Source of the DNA: an uncultured Thermoanaerobaculia bacterium
GTDB taxonomy: Bacteria > Acidobacteriota > Thermoanaerobaculia > Thermoanaerobaculales > Sulfomarinibacteraceae
Length of the DNA stretch: 42,112 nucleotides
NCBI GenBank assembly: GCA_965364305.1
Contig: CBDTWX010000001.1
Coordinates: 1 to 42,112, forward strand
Direction: 5' to 3'
The notes beneath the pieces were generated by a model. It searched no databases. It saw only the letters and a list, made by a program, of their open reading frames with translations, and was not told the DNA's origin. The translations under genes were made by a program, and so were the position numbers. Position 1 is the first letter of the stretch. Each line of letters starts with the position of its first letter. Positions 34,237 through 42,112 of this stretch are shown here, piece by piece.

Positions 34237-35955
34237 TCAACGGTGCCTGGCACCGTCTTGATTTCGCCCGGAACCGGTTAGCGCCATGAGGATGTGGAGG
34301 GCTCGTTCGCAGTCGGGATTGGCCGCGAGGGCACGCTTGGCCTCGGCTTCCGCGGTATGCCGGAGCCCCGGATTCTCTCGCAGTCGCCGTTCGACGTGCG
34401 CTAGGTCATCCGGTCGGACGACGTGGTACTCGTGGCGATCGAGCAGATCCTGTGACGCGTGTTTCCGGTTGACGAGGACCATCGCCACGTCGTCCCAGTA
34501 GACCAGCGCCCACTCGCTGACGGGAAACCAGAGAGCGGTGAATCCGCGGTCACCGAGGCTCGAGCCGTCCGGTGTCGTGACGCTGATCGGCGAATGGTAA
34601 CGAACGAGAGCGGAGTCGACTTCGAATCGTGCGAGCAGGGTCGACCAGGCCTGTACATCACTGGTTTGGAGGATTTCCCAGATCTCCTGAAGTAAGAGAT
34701 CGTGGATCTCGTTGCGATCGTCCTGGAAGACTCGGCGTGGCGGATAGTACCGGTCGATAAGATATCCCCCGAAACGGACGTCGTTGTAGAGGTGGGAGTA
34801 CGGGAGGTCCTCGCGATCGAGGAATTCGCAGGCGCGGTCTGGGTAGTAACCGTCGGCGAAACCAAAACCGAAACGGGGCCACGGCGAGAGGGCGATGGAC
34901 ACTGAAAGAACAGCTACCGCAGCGACCGCCAGGATCTGTTTTCGCCGGCGCTGGCTCGCGCTGAGCTCGGTCGAGGCGGAAAACGGGCGCCAGGACGCGA
35001 GGGCCGGTGCCACCGCCAGCGGGAGGAGGGTGAAGAAGAGACCGATATTGCGGATGTGCCTCACGGCGAGTGCTGAGGCCATGATCAGGAGCACCCACCG
35101 TGCTGCACGTCGCTCCCGAGCGGCCAATACAGCCGTCGCGCCTGCAATCGTCAGATAGAGAACCGGTGTTTGGAAAAACGACGGCGAGATCCACTCCGGG
35201 TTTGGAATGTGGGCCCGGTCGACGAGCTGCGAGAGACGGAACGGGACCGAGAGCAGGTGCCACCCATAGGGGTTGACCAGCAGAGCCAAAGTGGCTGCCG
35301 CTGCACCGGCGACGCCGGACGTGAGAACCCGCGGACGCCACTGTCTCGCCAGGACCATCTGACCGACCTCGGCCGTCAAGGTGCCGACCAGCAGCAAGGG
35401 CACGACCAGGACCCCGCCGTGCGCATTGGCGCCAACGATCATCAAGATCGCAAGCAGGACCAGCCACAGGCTGGAGATCGCTCGTTCGCGGCGGAGGAAA
35501 AGCCACACCGCGGCCGGCACGACCAGCAGGGTCACCAGCTCCGGTCGAAGAAAGAACCTCGATCGACCGCCGGCCACCGAGAAGAGGGCCAGCAGGAGGG
35601 CGGCGGCCGGCGACAAACCGCTGCGGACCGAAATGACCAGGAGCAAAAGCGCCAGACCGGCCACAACCATCGCCCGCATGGCAACCAACCCGGGTGCTCC
35701 GGCCAACCCGTCGATGAGGGCGATGACGATCTGAAAAAACCACTCATGGTCGATCCACACCGCGCCGGACGAGGTGAAGCTGAAGGGGTCCGAGCGAAGG
35801 AACGAGCCGTGTTCGAGAATCCAGCGGCCGCTGGCGAGATGCCAGCCGACGCTTGTGTTGGCGATTTGGAAGATGCCGAGGACGGCTCCCGAAACCGCGG
35901 CGGCAACCACGATGAGAGGTGGAATCCTGGCTCGGTTTTCGGAGTTCGTGTTCAT
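34237..35955 (-). CDS. Large polytopic membrane protein with a C-terminal soluble domain (GT-C/O-antigen-polymerase-like topology), function unknown
   Basis: ATG 35955 (MNTNSENRARIPPLIVV...); the ORF track opens at 36018. There are about 12 hydrophobic spans and an early loop GRWILEHGSFLRSDPFSFTSSGAVWIDHEWFFQ. The roughly 200-aa C-terminal hydrophilic domain ends in a TPR-like helix pair. Confidence 0.7.
   Translation of the reverse strand: MNTNSENRARIPPLIVVAAAVSGAVLGIFQIANTSVGWHLASGRWILEHGSFLRSDPFSFTSSGAVWIDHEWFFQIVIALIDGLAGAPGLVAMRAMVVAGLALLLLVISVRSGLSPAAALLLALFSVAGGRSRFFLRPELVTLLVVPAAVWLFLRRERAISSLWLVLLAILMIVGANAHGGVLVVPLLLVGTLTAEVGQMVLARQWRPRVLTSGVAGAAAATLALLVNPYGWHLLSVPFRLSQLVDRAHIPNPEWISPSFFQTPVLYLTIAGATAVLAARERRAARWVLLIMASALAVRHIRNIGLFFTLLPLAVAPALASWRPFSASTELSASQRRRKQILAVAAVAVLSVSIALSPWPRFGFGFADGYYPDRACEFLDREDLPYSHLYNDVRFGGYLIDRYYPPRRVFQDDRNEIHDLLLQEIWEILQTSDVQAWSTLLARFEVDSALVRYHSPISVTTPDGSSLGDRGFTALWFPVSEWALVYWDDVAMVLVNRKHASQDLLDRHEYHVVRPDDLAHVERRLRENPGLRHTAEAEAKRALAANPDCERALHILMALTGSGRNQDGARHR
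34242..34257. repeat. Palindrome-containing 16-mer GGTGCCTGGCACCGTC, copy 2
   Basis: Identical to copy 1, 56 nt away. It overlaps the last five codons (DGARHR*) of the minus-strand gene ending at 34237. Confidence 0.9.
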
Positions 35956-36293
35956 CTTCGAATCGGGAGCGACCTTTCGCGTCGGTCCCCTCGGTTCGAT
36001 GATATCGCGGGTTAGCACCTCGCACCGTCTTGGCCCGCAAAAAAGCCTGCGAGGTAATCGAAATCGGGGGGCGGGCCAACACGCTACAAGCTGCTCGTGA
36101 TACGCACTCGCATTCGAATCAGGAAAACGTCAGTGCCAGCGACCGCGATCGAAACATCGACACGAGGCAGCCACGACCTGCAGCGACAGCAAGCAGGCTC
36201 GGCGGCAGCGTCGGCGACGGCAAACAGCGTCTGGGACAGTCGCTAGAACGACTCCCAGCGGGGCGATTCACACAACACGTCCGATGAAGATAC

Positions 36294-36872
36294 TCAGGGC
36301 CGTGGTGTCGATACGGCCGCCTCGTCGTGACGTGGCTCTCCCCCGAGGACGTAACGTTCCCATTCCTTCTCGAAGGCCAAAGATTGGGCGGATTGCATGC
36401 GGTCGAGAAAGACGACTCCATCGAGGTGATCGTACTCGTGCTGGATCACCCGTGCATGAAATCCGTCAGCCGTCAGCGAGACCGGCTCACCGTCGAGGCG
36501 CCGTGCCTTGACCTTGATGCGGCGGTATCGCGGCACGAGCCCCCGCAAACCGGGGATCGAGAGGCATCCTTCCCACCCCTCTTCGGTCTCCGTTCCGACC
36601 GGCCGGATCTCGGGGTTGACGAGCACAACCGGCGGAATTTCGGGTTCCTCATCCGTTTCCGGCACCCAGTAGGCGAAGACACGGATGCCCTCCGCAACCT
36701 GCGGTGCAGCGAGCCCGACCCCATTCTCCTCGATCATGGTCCGTACCATGTCGCGACCGAGGTCGAACAGACGACCGCTTTCGAAGAGCTCTTCGGGGAT
36801 CGGCTCGGCGACGGTTCTCAGGACAGGGTGGCCGAGCCGGATGACCTCGAGGAGACGACCGTTTTCGTCCAT
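36294..36872 (-). CDS. def: Peptide deformylase
   Basis: Motifs GVGLAAPQV, EGCLSIPG and HEYDHLDG. ATG 36872 (MDENGRLLEVIRLGHPVLR) lies 4 nt after the erpA-like stop. The ORF-track start at 36971 would overlap that gene by 95 nt. Confidence 0.9.
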   Translation of the reverse strand: MDENGRLLEVIRLGHPVLRTVAEPIPEELFESGRLFDLGRDMVRTMIEENGVGLAAPQVAEGIRVFAYWVPETDEEPEIPPVVLVNPEIRPVGTETEEGWEGCLSIPGLRGLVPRYRRIKVKARRLDGEPVSLTADGFHARVIQHEYDHLDGVVFLDRMQSAQSLAFEKEWERYVLGGEPRHDEAAVSTPRP

Positions 36873-36876
36873 ATCC

Positions 36877-37212
36877 TCAACCGCAGCCCGAGCACCCGCC
36901 AGAGCTGCAGTCGCTGGTCGGCGCCGGAGCGTTGGGATTGTCGACCGTGAAGCCGGAACCTCGTTGGTCATCGACGAAGTCGACCTTTGAACCCGTCAGA
37001 TGGGGCGCCGAGTTCGGATCGACGAGCACCTTGAACTCGCCGTCCTCGACCAGTGTGTCGCCGTCTCGTTCCTCGTCAAAGGTGAAACCGTAGGAGAATC
37101 CCGAGCAGCCGACGCCCTGAATGAAGATCCGCAGGTCCTTGCCCTGGGCCTCCTCCATCTGCGCGGCAAACTCATTGACCTTCTCGATCGCCTTTTCGGT
37201 GAATGTGATCAT
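36877..37212 (-). CDS. erpA: HesB/IscA/ErpA-family iron-sulfur cluster insertion protein
   Basis: ATG 37212 is preceded by GGGAGG. The product is MITFTEKAIEKVNEFAAQ...LRIFIQGVGCSGFSYGFTFDEE...FTVDNPNA. Its C-terminus is the atypical APAPTSDCSSGGCSGCG. Confidence 0.8.
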   Translation of the reverse strand: MITFTEKAIEKVNEFAAQMEEAQGKDLRIFIQGVGCSGFSYGFTFDEERDGDTLVEDGEFKVLVDPNSAPHLTGSKVDFVDDQRGSGFTVDNPNAPAPTSDCSSGGCSGCG

Positions 37213-37289
37213 CGTGCCTCCCGAAGCCCGCCCGTCGAGCGGGTGTTGGTTATAACTCAATGGCGATGTAGTAAATTCCGGTGCGCGCC

Positions 37290-38237
37290 TCAGTGGATAC
37301 CCTGCTCGGCGAGCCACCGTTCGGCCTCAATGGCGGCCATACAACCGGTTCCGGCTGCGGTGACCGCCTGGCGATAGACCGAATCCTGGGCGTCGCCGCA
37401 CGCCCACACCCCTTCCGCCGATGTGCGGGTGGTGCCCGGTATGGTGCGGATGTAGCCCACCTCATCCATATCCACCTTGCCAGCGACGATATCCGTGTTG
37501 GGCTGGTGTCCAATGGCCATGAAGACCCCGTCGGTGGGGTACTCGCGGTGCTCTCCGGTCTGTGTATCCTCGAGAACCACGGCCCTCACCCCGTCCTCTT
37601 TGGAACCGAGGATCTCGGTGACAACCGCATTCCACTCGAAATGGATCGCTGGGTTGTCAAATGCCCGCTGCTGCATGATCCTCGATGCCCGAAGTTCGTC
37701 CCGGCGGTGGACCACGGTGACCTTCGAGGCGAACTTGGTGAGGAACGTCGCCTCTTCCATGGCGGTGTCGCCCCCACCAACGACGACGAGCTCCTTGTCG
37801 CGGAAGAAAAAACCGTCACACGTGGCACAGGCAGATACGCCGTGTCCCATGAGCTCGGTCTCGGATGGCAGGCCGAGCAATCGCGCCGAGGCGCCGGTGG
37901 CTATGATCACTGCGTCGGCAGTGATCTCTCCGTGGCTCGCGGTGTGAGCTGTGAACGGCCGCCGGTTCATGGTGAGCTCGACGACCTGGTCGAAGATGAA
38001 CCTCGTGCCGAATCTCTCGGCCTGGGTCTTGGTAACCTGCATCAGCTCGGGACCCATGATGCCGTCGGGGAATCCCGGGTAGTTCTCGACGTCGGTGGTG
38101 ATCGTGAGCTGACCACCGGGCTGCATGCCCTCGATGACCAGAGGTTCGAGGCTCGCACGCGCGGCGTAGATCGCCGCCGTGAGTCCGGCCGGTCCGGAAC
38201 CGATGATGAGTACCTTGGCGTGCTGCTGATGACTCAT
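37290..38237 (-). CDS. trxB: Thioredoxin-disulfide reductase
   Basis: ATG 38237 is preceded by GGGAG. FAD site [20 protein letters not shown], redox-active CATCDG, NADPH site [13 protein letters not shown]. Confidence 0.95.
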   Translation of the reverse strand: MSHQQHAKVLIIGSGPAGLTAAIYAARASLEPLVIEGMQPGGQLTITTDVENYPGFPDGIMGPELMQVTKTQAERFGTRFIFDQVVELTMNRRPFTAHTASHGEITADAVIIATGASARLLGLPSETELMGHGVSACATCDGFFFRDKELVVVGGGDTAMEEATFLTKFASKVTVVHRRDELRASRIMQQRAFDNPAIHFEWNAVVTEILGSKEDGVRAVVLEDTQTGEHREYPTDGVFMAIGHQPNTDIVAGKVDMDEVGYIRTIPGTTRTSAEGVWACGDAQDSVYRQAVTAAGTGCMAAIEAERWLAEQGIH

Positions 38238-38368
38238 AAATACTCCCGTGAGGTTGGTCGGTCGAGCGGCGACGCTGCACGTCTTTCCGTGGGCCGCCCC
38301 TGAGCGCGGCATCGCCTCGATGCGAGCTTCGCGGCGATCCCGCGGTCGGTCATTATACTGGTTCTGTC

Positions 38369-39553
38369 GTGGATCTCTCGCGCCTGCTCAGGCCTCCGCT
38401 GTCTCGGCTCGTGTGCCTCTTTCTCGCGAGCCGGCTTGCCCTGCTCGCCGTGGGTCTCCTCTCGACGTGGTTGTTGCCCTCGGGTCGCCCTGCGCAGCCC
38501 GGTAATCTTGTGTTTCACGACCCCGCCCCCCGGGCTCTGGAGATCTGGGCGCGTTGGGATTCCGAGTGGTACCTGCTCATCGCGGCCGAGGGATACGAGG
38601 TCGGCAACCGGCTGGAGGGCCTCGGAGTGCCATACGACCGTTCGGCCACCGCCGGCTTTCTACCCCTGTACCCGGTGTTGATTCGTGGGCTCAGTCCGTT
38701 GCTCGGCCCCGTGGGAGCGGGGGTCGTCATCTCCAACATCTGTTTGTTGCTGTGTCTCATTCTGCTCGAGCGACTGGTTCGTGTGGAGATGGGGGATGCT
38801 TCGGGAGAGCATGCCGGTCTCGCCGCGTGCGGGGCTCTGCTGATCTTTCCGTCCAGCCTCTTTCTGTCCGCGGTCTATGCCGAGTCGTTGTTCCTCGTGC
38901 TTTCGATCGGTGTGTTCCTCTCGGCGCGGACCGGGCGTTTCGCCCGTGCCTCGATCCTCGGAGGGTTGGCGACTCTGACCCGGCCCTTTGGTGTACTCCT
39001 GGTCATCCCGCTCCTCTGGGAGTGGTGGTCGCAAAGACGGAACCCGGACCATGGTGGTTCGCGCCCCGGATTTCGCGATGGTTTGTGGGTTGGTTTGCTC
39101 CCGCTCTCGCTGGGTAGCTACATGCTCTTTTGTCGATCGATCTTTGGCGACGGTCTCGCGCTGCTCCATCGGCAGGAGCGTTGGCGGGGTGGACTGTCAG
39201 GGCCGTGGCGTGCATTCGTGAGGTGGTGGGAAGCCGGGCCGACCGCGCACGGCTCGCACGGTTCGACCTACGAGCTTGTGGTCGCACTGCTCTGTGTGGT
39301 GATGCTGGTGATGATGGTGAAAAGGCTTCGTCCTTCCTACACTCTGTATTGTGGCGTGTGCATGGCTGTGGCCCTTGGCTCTTCACTGTGGTCGTTCTCC
39401 CGCCTCGCGCTGACGCTCTTTCCCTTCTTCATGTTGATCGGGGTGTCCTGGACTGAGGGGAAAAGGTGCCTGCCGGTGCTGTACGCCTTTGCGGGTGCAA
39501 CGCTCTCAGGTCTCTTCATCGCCCTCTTCGCCAACTGGTGGTGGGTCGGTTGA
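38369..39553 (+). CDS. PIG-V/Mannosyl_trans2-like (GT-C) polytopic membrane protein
   Basis: 394 aa, GTG start. The loop-1 motif [17 protein letters not shown] is what I recall as typical of bacterial GPI-mannosyltransferase-2-like proteins. About 9 TM spans. Its 3' end overlaps the convergent gene by 48 nt. Confidence 0.65.
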   Translation: MDLSRLLRPPLSRLVCLFLASRLALLAVGLLSTWLLPSGRPAQPGNLVFHDPAPRALEIWARWDSEWYLLIAAEGYEVGNRLEGLGVPYDRSATAGFLPLYPVLIRGLSPLLGPVGAGVVISNICLLLCLILLERLVRVEMGDASGEHAGLAACGALLIFPSSLFLSAVYAESLFLVLSIGVFLSARTGRFARASILGGLATLTRPFGVLLVIPLLWEWWSQRRNPDHGGSRPGFRDGLWVGLLPLSLGSYMLFCRSIFGDGLALLHRQERWRGGLSGPWRAFVRWWEAGPTAHGSHGSTYELVVALLCVVMLVMMVKRLRPSYTLYCGVCMAVALGSSLWSFSRLALTLFPFFMLIGVSWTEGKRCLPVLYAFAGATLSGLFIALFANWWWVG

Positions 39554-40648
39554 GACCCGATCCATGTCGGAATCTTCGAGCCCGCGCCGGGAACGCAACC
39601 ACCCAGCGACCGAATCGATCATCACCGCCAGCGGAACTGCGGCGAAGATCACCAGGGGCATCAAGAAGCGACTGCCGTAGTGAGAGGCACCCCACCATCT
39701 GTACTTTGAAAAGAAAAGGAAGATCGCGACGGAGGTTCCGGCCAGATAGAGCGTCGTCAGACGATCGCGGCGCGAGAGAGACCACAATCCGAGGATGGAG
39801 ACAATCGTAATCGGCGTGGTCGGCAGCAGCCCGCGTTTGGGGTCGAACAGCTGGTTCTTGATTCCTCTCCACAGGGGGTAGTCGAAATCCGACCGCTGGG
39901 AGTGAACCACACCGATGCCCTCGTCGAGCGTCGCCATGCGGTCGTATGGTGTGACCAGCGGCGATCCGAAGAGGTGGGTGTTGAGCGCAGCCCACAGAAG
40001 GATCGGCACTGCGAAACCGCCCGCCAGAGCCGGCAGCGTCCGACGAGCCGGACGTCCGCAGAGCAGCGGGATGCCCGGCAGCACAAGGAGAAGAGAGTAC
40101 TTCGACACCACGGCGAGGCCGAGCAGCAGACCGGCGCTGAGGTGACGTCCGAGACTGGGTCGTCGGTCGGCCGGCAACGCCACGAGGGCCGCCATTAGCA
40201 AGGTGGTGACAAAGACATCGGGCGAGAAATTCCACGCATAGTGGGGCAGGAAGGAGGCCACGCCGGTGAGTACGACTGCGGTTGCCGCAGCCGCGTCGGA
40301 GGCGTAGCGACGGGCGAATGCATAGGTGAGATACATCAGCGCGAGGAGCTGGATCAGGTTGAAGAGCAGCGCACCCGGCTCGTTCATGACGATGATGAGC
40401 GGCAGCGCGGCGAGGGACATCCAGATTGGATGTTTGGGAACCAGGCGGTCTCGTTTGTCGACAGCGAGATCGTTGGAATGGCGCTCCATCGGTGGTGGAA
40501 GCTGATTGCCGAGGTCGAGATCGCGGTCGGCCGCGATCGAGACCGCAGAGTAGAAATAGTACTGGCAATCTCCACGGAGGTATGGCTGGCCGTCGTACCC
40601 CGCGAGGATGACCGCGAGGTAGACAATTGCCGGCACTGCCACCGCCAT
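39506..40648 (-). CDS. GT-C-fold (ArnT/PMT_2-like) polytopic membrane protein
   Basis: This is the C-terminal roughly 380 aa of the 848-aa ORF-track entry, MAVAVPAIVYLAVILAGYDGQPYLRGDCQYYFYSAVSIAADRDLDLGN..., with about 10 TM spans. In-frame starts up to 40771 are possible, but that stretch uses rare AT-rich codons. Everything upstream of 40771 is shadow of the plus-strand gene starting at 40811. Confidence 0.65.
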   Translation of the reverse strand: MAVAVPAIVYLAVILAGYDGQPYLRGDCQYYFYSAVSIAADRDLDLGNQLPPPMERHSNDLAVDKRDRLVPKHPIWMSLAALPLIIVMNEPGALLFNLIQLLALMYLTYAFARRYASDAAAATAVVLTGVASFLPHYAWNFSPDVFVTTLLMAALVALPADRRPSLGRHLSAGLLLGLAVVSKYSLLLVLPGIPLLCGRPARRTLPALAGGFAVPILLWAALNTHLFGSPLVTPYDRMATLDEGIGVVHSQRSDFDYPLWRGIKNQLFDPKRGLLPTTPITIVSILGLWSLSRRDRLTTLYLAGTSVAIFLFFSKYRWWGASHYGSRFLMPLVIFAAVPLAVMIDSVAGWLRSRRGLEDSDMDRVSTDPPPVGEEGDEET

Positions 40649-40810
40649 CACGCCGGGCACGCGGCGAGATCTCGGCCGGTTGACACCGGGTGGAATGGAT
40701 GGAAACGTCAACTCTCCGCCAGGCTTCCAGAAAGATATTACTATCGAAGGGGATCGTAAGCCGACGGTCATGTCGGAAGATTGAAGAGACACAGCGTGTT
40801 TCACGAGCGC

Positions 40811-42112
40811 ATGGGGTTGAGGAATCGAGCCGCGTTTGGGGCGTTCGCCGTAGTTCTCGCACTGCCGTTGTGGGCGGGGCTTGACGACCTTGTCTCCTCC
40901 GGCGACTGGGAGAAGGTGCTCGAGGTGGCGTCGCGACGTGCCGGCCAGCTGCCGCTGAGCCAGAAAGAGGCCATGATCGCTGCCCATGCCGCCCAACAGC
41001 TCGGCGATCGCGAGTCCGAGGAGAAATTCCTGACCAGCGCGGTCGTCGGCGGCAACCCGGATTTCAGCGAACTCGCGGGCGTTCAGCTTGCCGCGCTCGT
41101 CCAGGTCGATGATCCGAACAGGGCGGTGGAGCTTTCGGTGCCGGCGTTTGGGCGGGGCAGGCCGTGGGCGCTGCGGGAGGCGGCGACCGAAGCCTCCGTC
41201 GGCGCTCTGTTGGCCGGGGTCGATCCTCAGCGCAGAGCAGTCCTCGAGAACGAAATCTCGAAGCTGGCGCGCAGCCTCGGGAGGCGGCTCGAACTGCCGC
41301 TCGCGATGTCGGACGATCAACAGGGTCGGCGACGTCTCGATCGCCTCCTTTCGTCTTCCACTCGCGATCTGGTTGCGTTGCAGGCTGCTGAGAAGCTGTG
41401 GGAATTCGAAAACCTGACGGCGCTCGAGCGATGGCGGGTTGCAAAGACCTTCTACCGGCACGCACTTTATGACCGCGCGGCGCCGATCTTCGAGCAGCTG
41501 GACGGGGTTCGGGACGGATCTGTGCCGCGCGATGACGTGGCCTTCCTTCGCGGCCGCTGCGCCTTTCGACGCGGCGGATGGTCGGAAGCCATCGGGTGGT
41601 ACCGAAAAGCCCTCGCCAGGGTCCGCTCCAATGAAGATCGCGCCGAGATCGAAGTCCACATTGGTCGGTGCTTCGAGCTCGATGGAGATATGGACGAGGC
41701 CGTGCAGTCGGCCATTCGGGCCGTGCGCGCGAAGACCACGGATGAACGACGTCTGTTCCTCGCTCGCCTCCGCCTGCGCCGGCTCGAACCCGAACTGGCC
41801 GCCAAGGGAATCAGCCATCTTCGAAGCCGGACATATCGCGCACAGGGAGAGGTGATGCTGGCGGTGGATGCGCTGCAACGTGGCGATGTGGACGCCGCGC
41901 GGAAACGACTCGAGAGGGTCCGTAGGCAGCCGTGGATCGAACCAGCGGCGGTCCTGGCGGCCGGCCTCGCGGTCGAGGCGGGCGAGTTCGAGGCCGCACT
42001 CACGCTTTTGAAGAGGGTCAGCGGTTCCGGCGACGGGTTCTGGATTGCTCAAGCGCGCGGTGTGATGTCCTTGCTGCCGCCCGATCGCCTCGATGAGCTG
42101 ATGGGAGGTGAC
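40811..42112 (+). CDS. Secreted alpha-helical repeat (TPR-like) protein, partial; possibly the N-terminal superhelical domain of a soluble lytic transglycosylase
   Basis: Absent from the ORF track because it has no stop in-window. My translation from ATG 40811 gives MGLRNRAAFGAFAVVLALPLWAGLDDLVSSGDWEKVLEVASRR... (signal peptide), open for 434 codons to the window end with GC3-rich codons. Repeated helical hairpins are present (WRVAKTFYRHALYDRAAPIFEQL, AFLRGRCAFRRGGWSEAIGWYRKAL). The functional guess is weak. Confidence 0.7.
   Translation, partial: MGLRNRAAFGAFAVVLALPLWAGLDDLVSSGDWEKVLEVASRRAGQLPLSQKEAMIAAHAAQQLGDRESEEKFLTSAVVGGNPDFSELAGVQLAALVQVDDPNRAVELSVPAFGRGRPWALREAATEASVGALLAGVDPQRRAVLENEISKLARSLGRRLELPLAMSDDQQGRRRLDRLLSSSTRDLVALQAAEKLWEFENLTALERWRVAKTFYRHALYDRAAPIFEQLDGVRDGSVPRDDVAFLRGRCAFRRGGWSEAIGWYRKALARVRSNEDRAEIEVHIGRCFELDGDMDEAVQSAIRAVRAKTTDERRLFLARLRLRRLEPELAAKGISHLRSRTYRAQGEVMLAVDALQRGDVDAARKRLERVRRQPWIEPAAVLAAGLAVEAGEFEAALTLLKRVSGSGDGFWIAQARGVMSLLPPDRLDELMGGD

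Noticed and set aside
34192-34262. TGGCAC inside the duplicated 16-mer as a sigma-54 (-24/-12) promoter.
   Set aside because: The required GC of the -12 element (TGGCAC-N5-TTGC) is absent in both copies; the downstream sequences are GTGA and TGAT. No plus-strand gene lies downstream.
36019-36293. 275-bp spacer between def and the 572-aa membrane protein gene, with a CCTCGCA...TGCGAGG stem (36018-36058) and several CAGCGAC-like words.
   Set aside because: The stem has a 25-nt loop and no U-tract, and the repeated words are short and GC-rich, so they are expected by chance. I could not support a specific feature.
40772-42052. The N-terminal roughly 430 aa of the 848-aa minus-strand ORF 39506-42052.
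   Set aside because: The plus strand over 40811-42112 encodes a convincing signal-peptide plus helical-repeat protein with GC3-rich codons. The minus-strand translation there is low-complexity and has no TM segments. Only the membrane-protein part downstream of about 40771 or 40648 is credible.
1-42112. Search for mobile elements, prophage genes, CRISPR arrays, restriction-modification or other known defence systems, and toxin-antitoxin pairs of types II-VI.
   Set aside because: No ORF translation showed transposase DDE/HUH, integrase, Cas, methyltransferase/endonuclease, or classical toxin or antitoxin motifs. The window is core-genome-like throughout.

Overview
This is a high-GC (by eye roughly 60-65%, not computed) bacterial chromosomal segment, almost entirely tightly packed core housekeeping genes. 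Many neighbours share 4-nt start/stop overlaps. I cannot assign taxonomy. RNase Y, DivIVA, ZapA/ZapB and many GT-C-type membrane proteins suggest a non-proteobacterial, possibly Acidobacteriota/Gemmatimonadota-like lineage, but that is a guess.

Gene order:
- Minus strand: rseP(partial)-dxr-cdsA-uppS-truA.
- Plus strand: FHA-GAF-cyclase, rdgB, ubiE/menG-folD.
- Cupin (minus), then recN-tsaC, hisS-aspS, a YfhO-like membrane protein, and a DUF2007-like gene plus a small ORF (minus).
- Two tandem tRNA-Val genes with a consensus promoter and terminator.
- thrS-rpmI-rplT-pheS-pheT (no infC), then a zapB-like gene.
- A GT-C-like membrane protein (minus), zapA, a 182-nt candidate 6S RNA, rny-ymdB.
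- hutI-divIVA (minus), and an ABC ATPase-permease-TM/TPR operon.
- A large membrane protein, def, erpA-like and trxB (all minus).
- A PIG-V-like membrane protein, another GT-C-like protein (minus), and a partial secreted helical-repeat protein.

I recognise no transposase, integrase, CRISPR array or known defence gene.

Most unusual observations:
1. A 156-nt near-perfect inverted repeat at 18021-18176 duplicates the SD/ATG region of a 54-aa hydrophobic ORF. This resembles type I toxin architecture.
2. Five polytopic GT-C/YfhO/PIG-V-like membrane proteins are scattered through housekeeping operons. One splits zapB from zapA.
3. An ABC-2 exporter is translationally coupled to a TM-anchored helical-repeat protein.
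4. AT-rich intergenic islands carry 6-13-nt tandem repeats, and one roughly 30-nt element recurs 23 kb apart.

All functional calls come from reading the translated ORFs and recalling family motifs. No searches were run.
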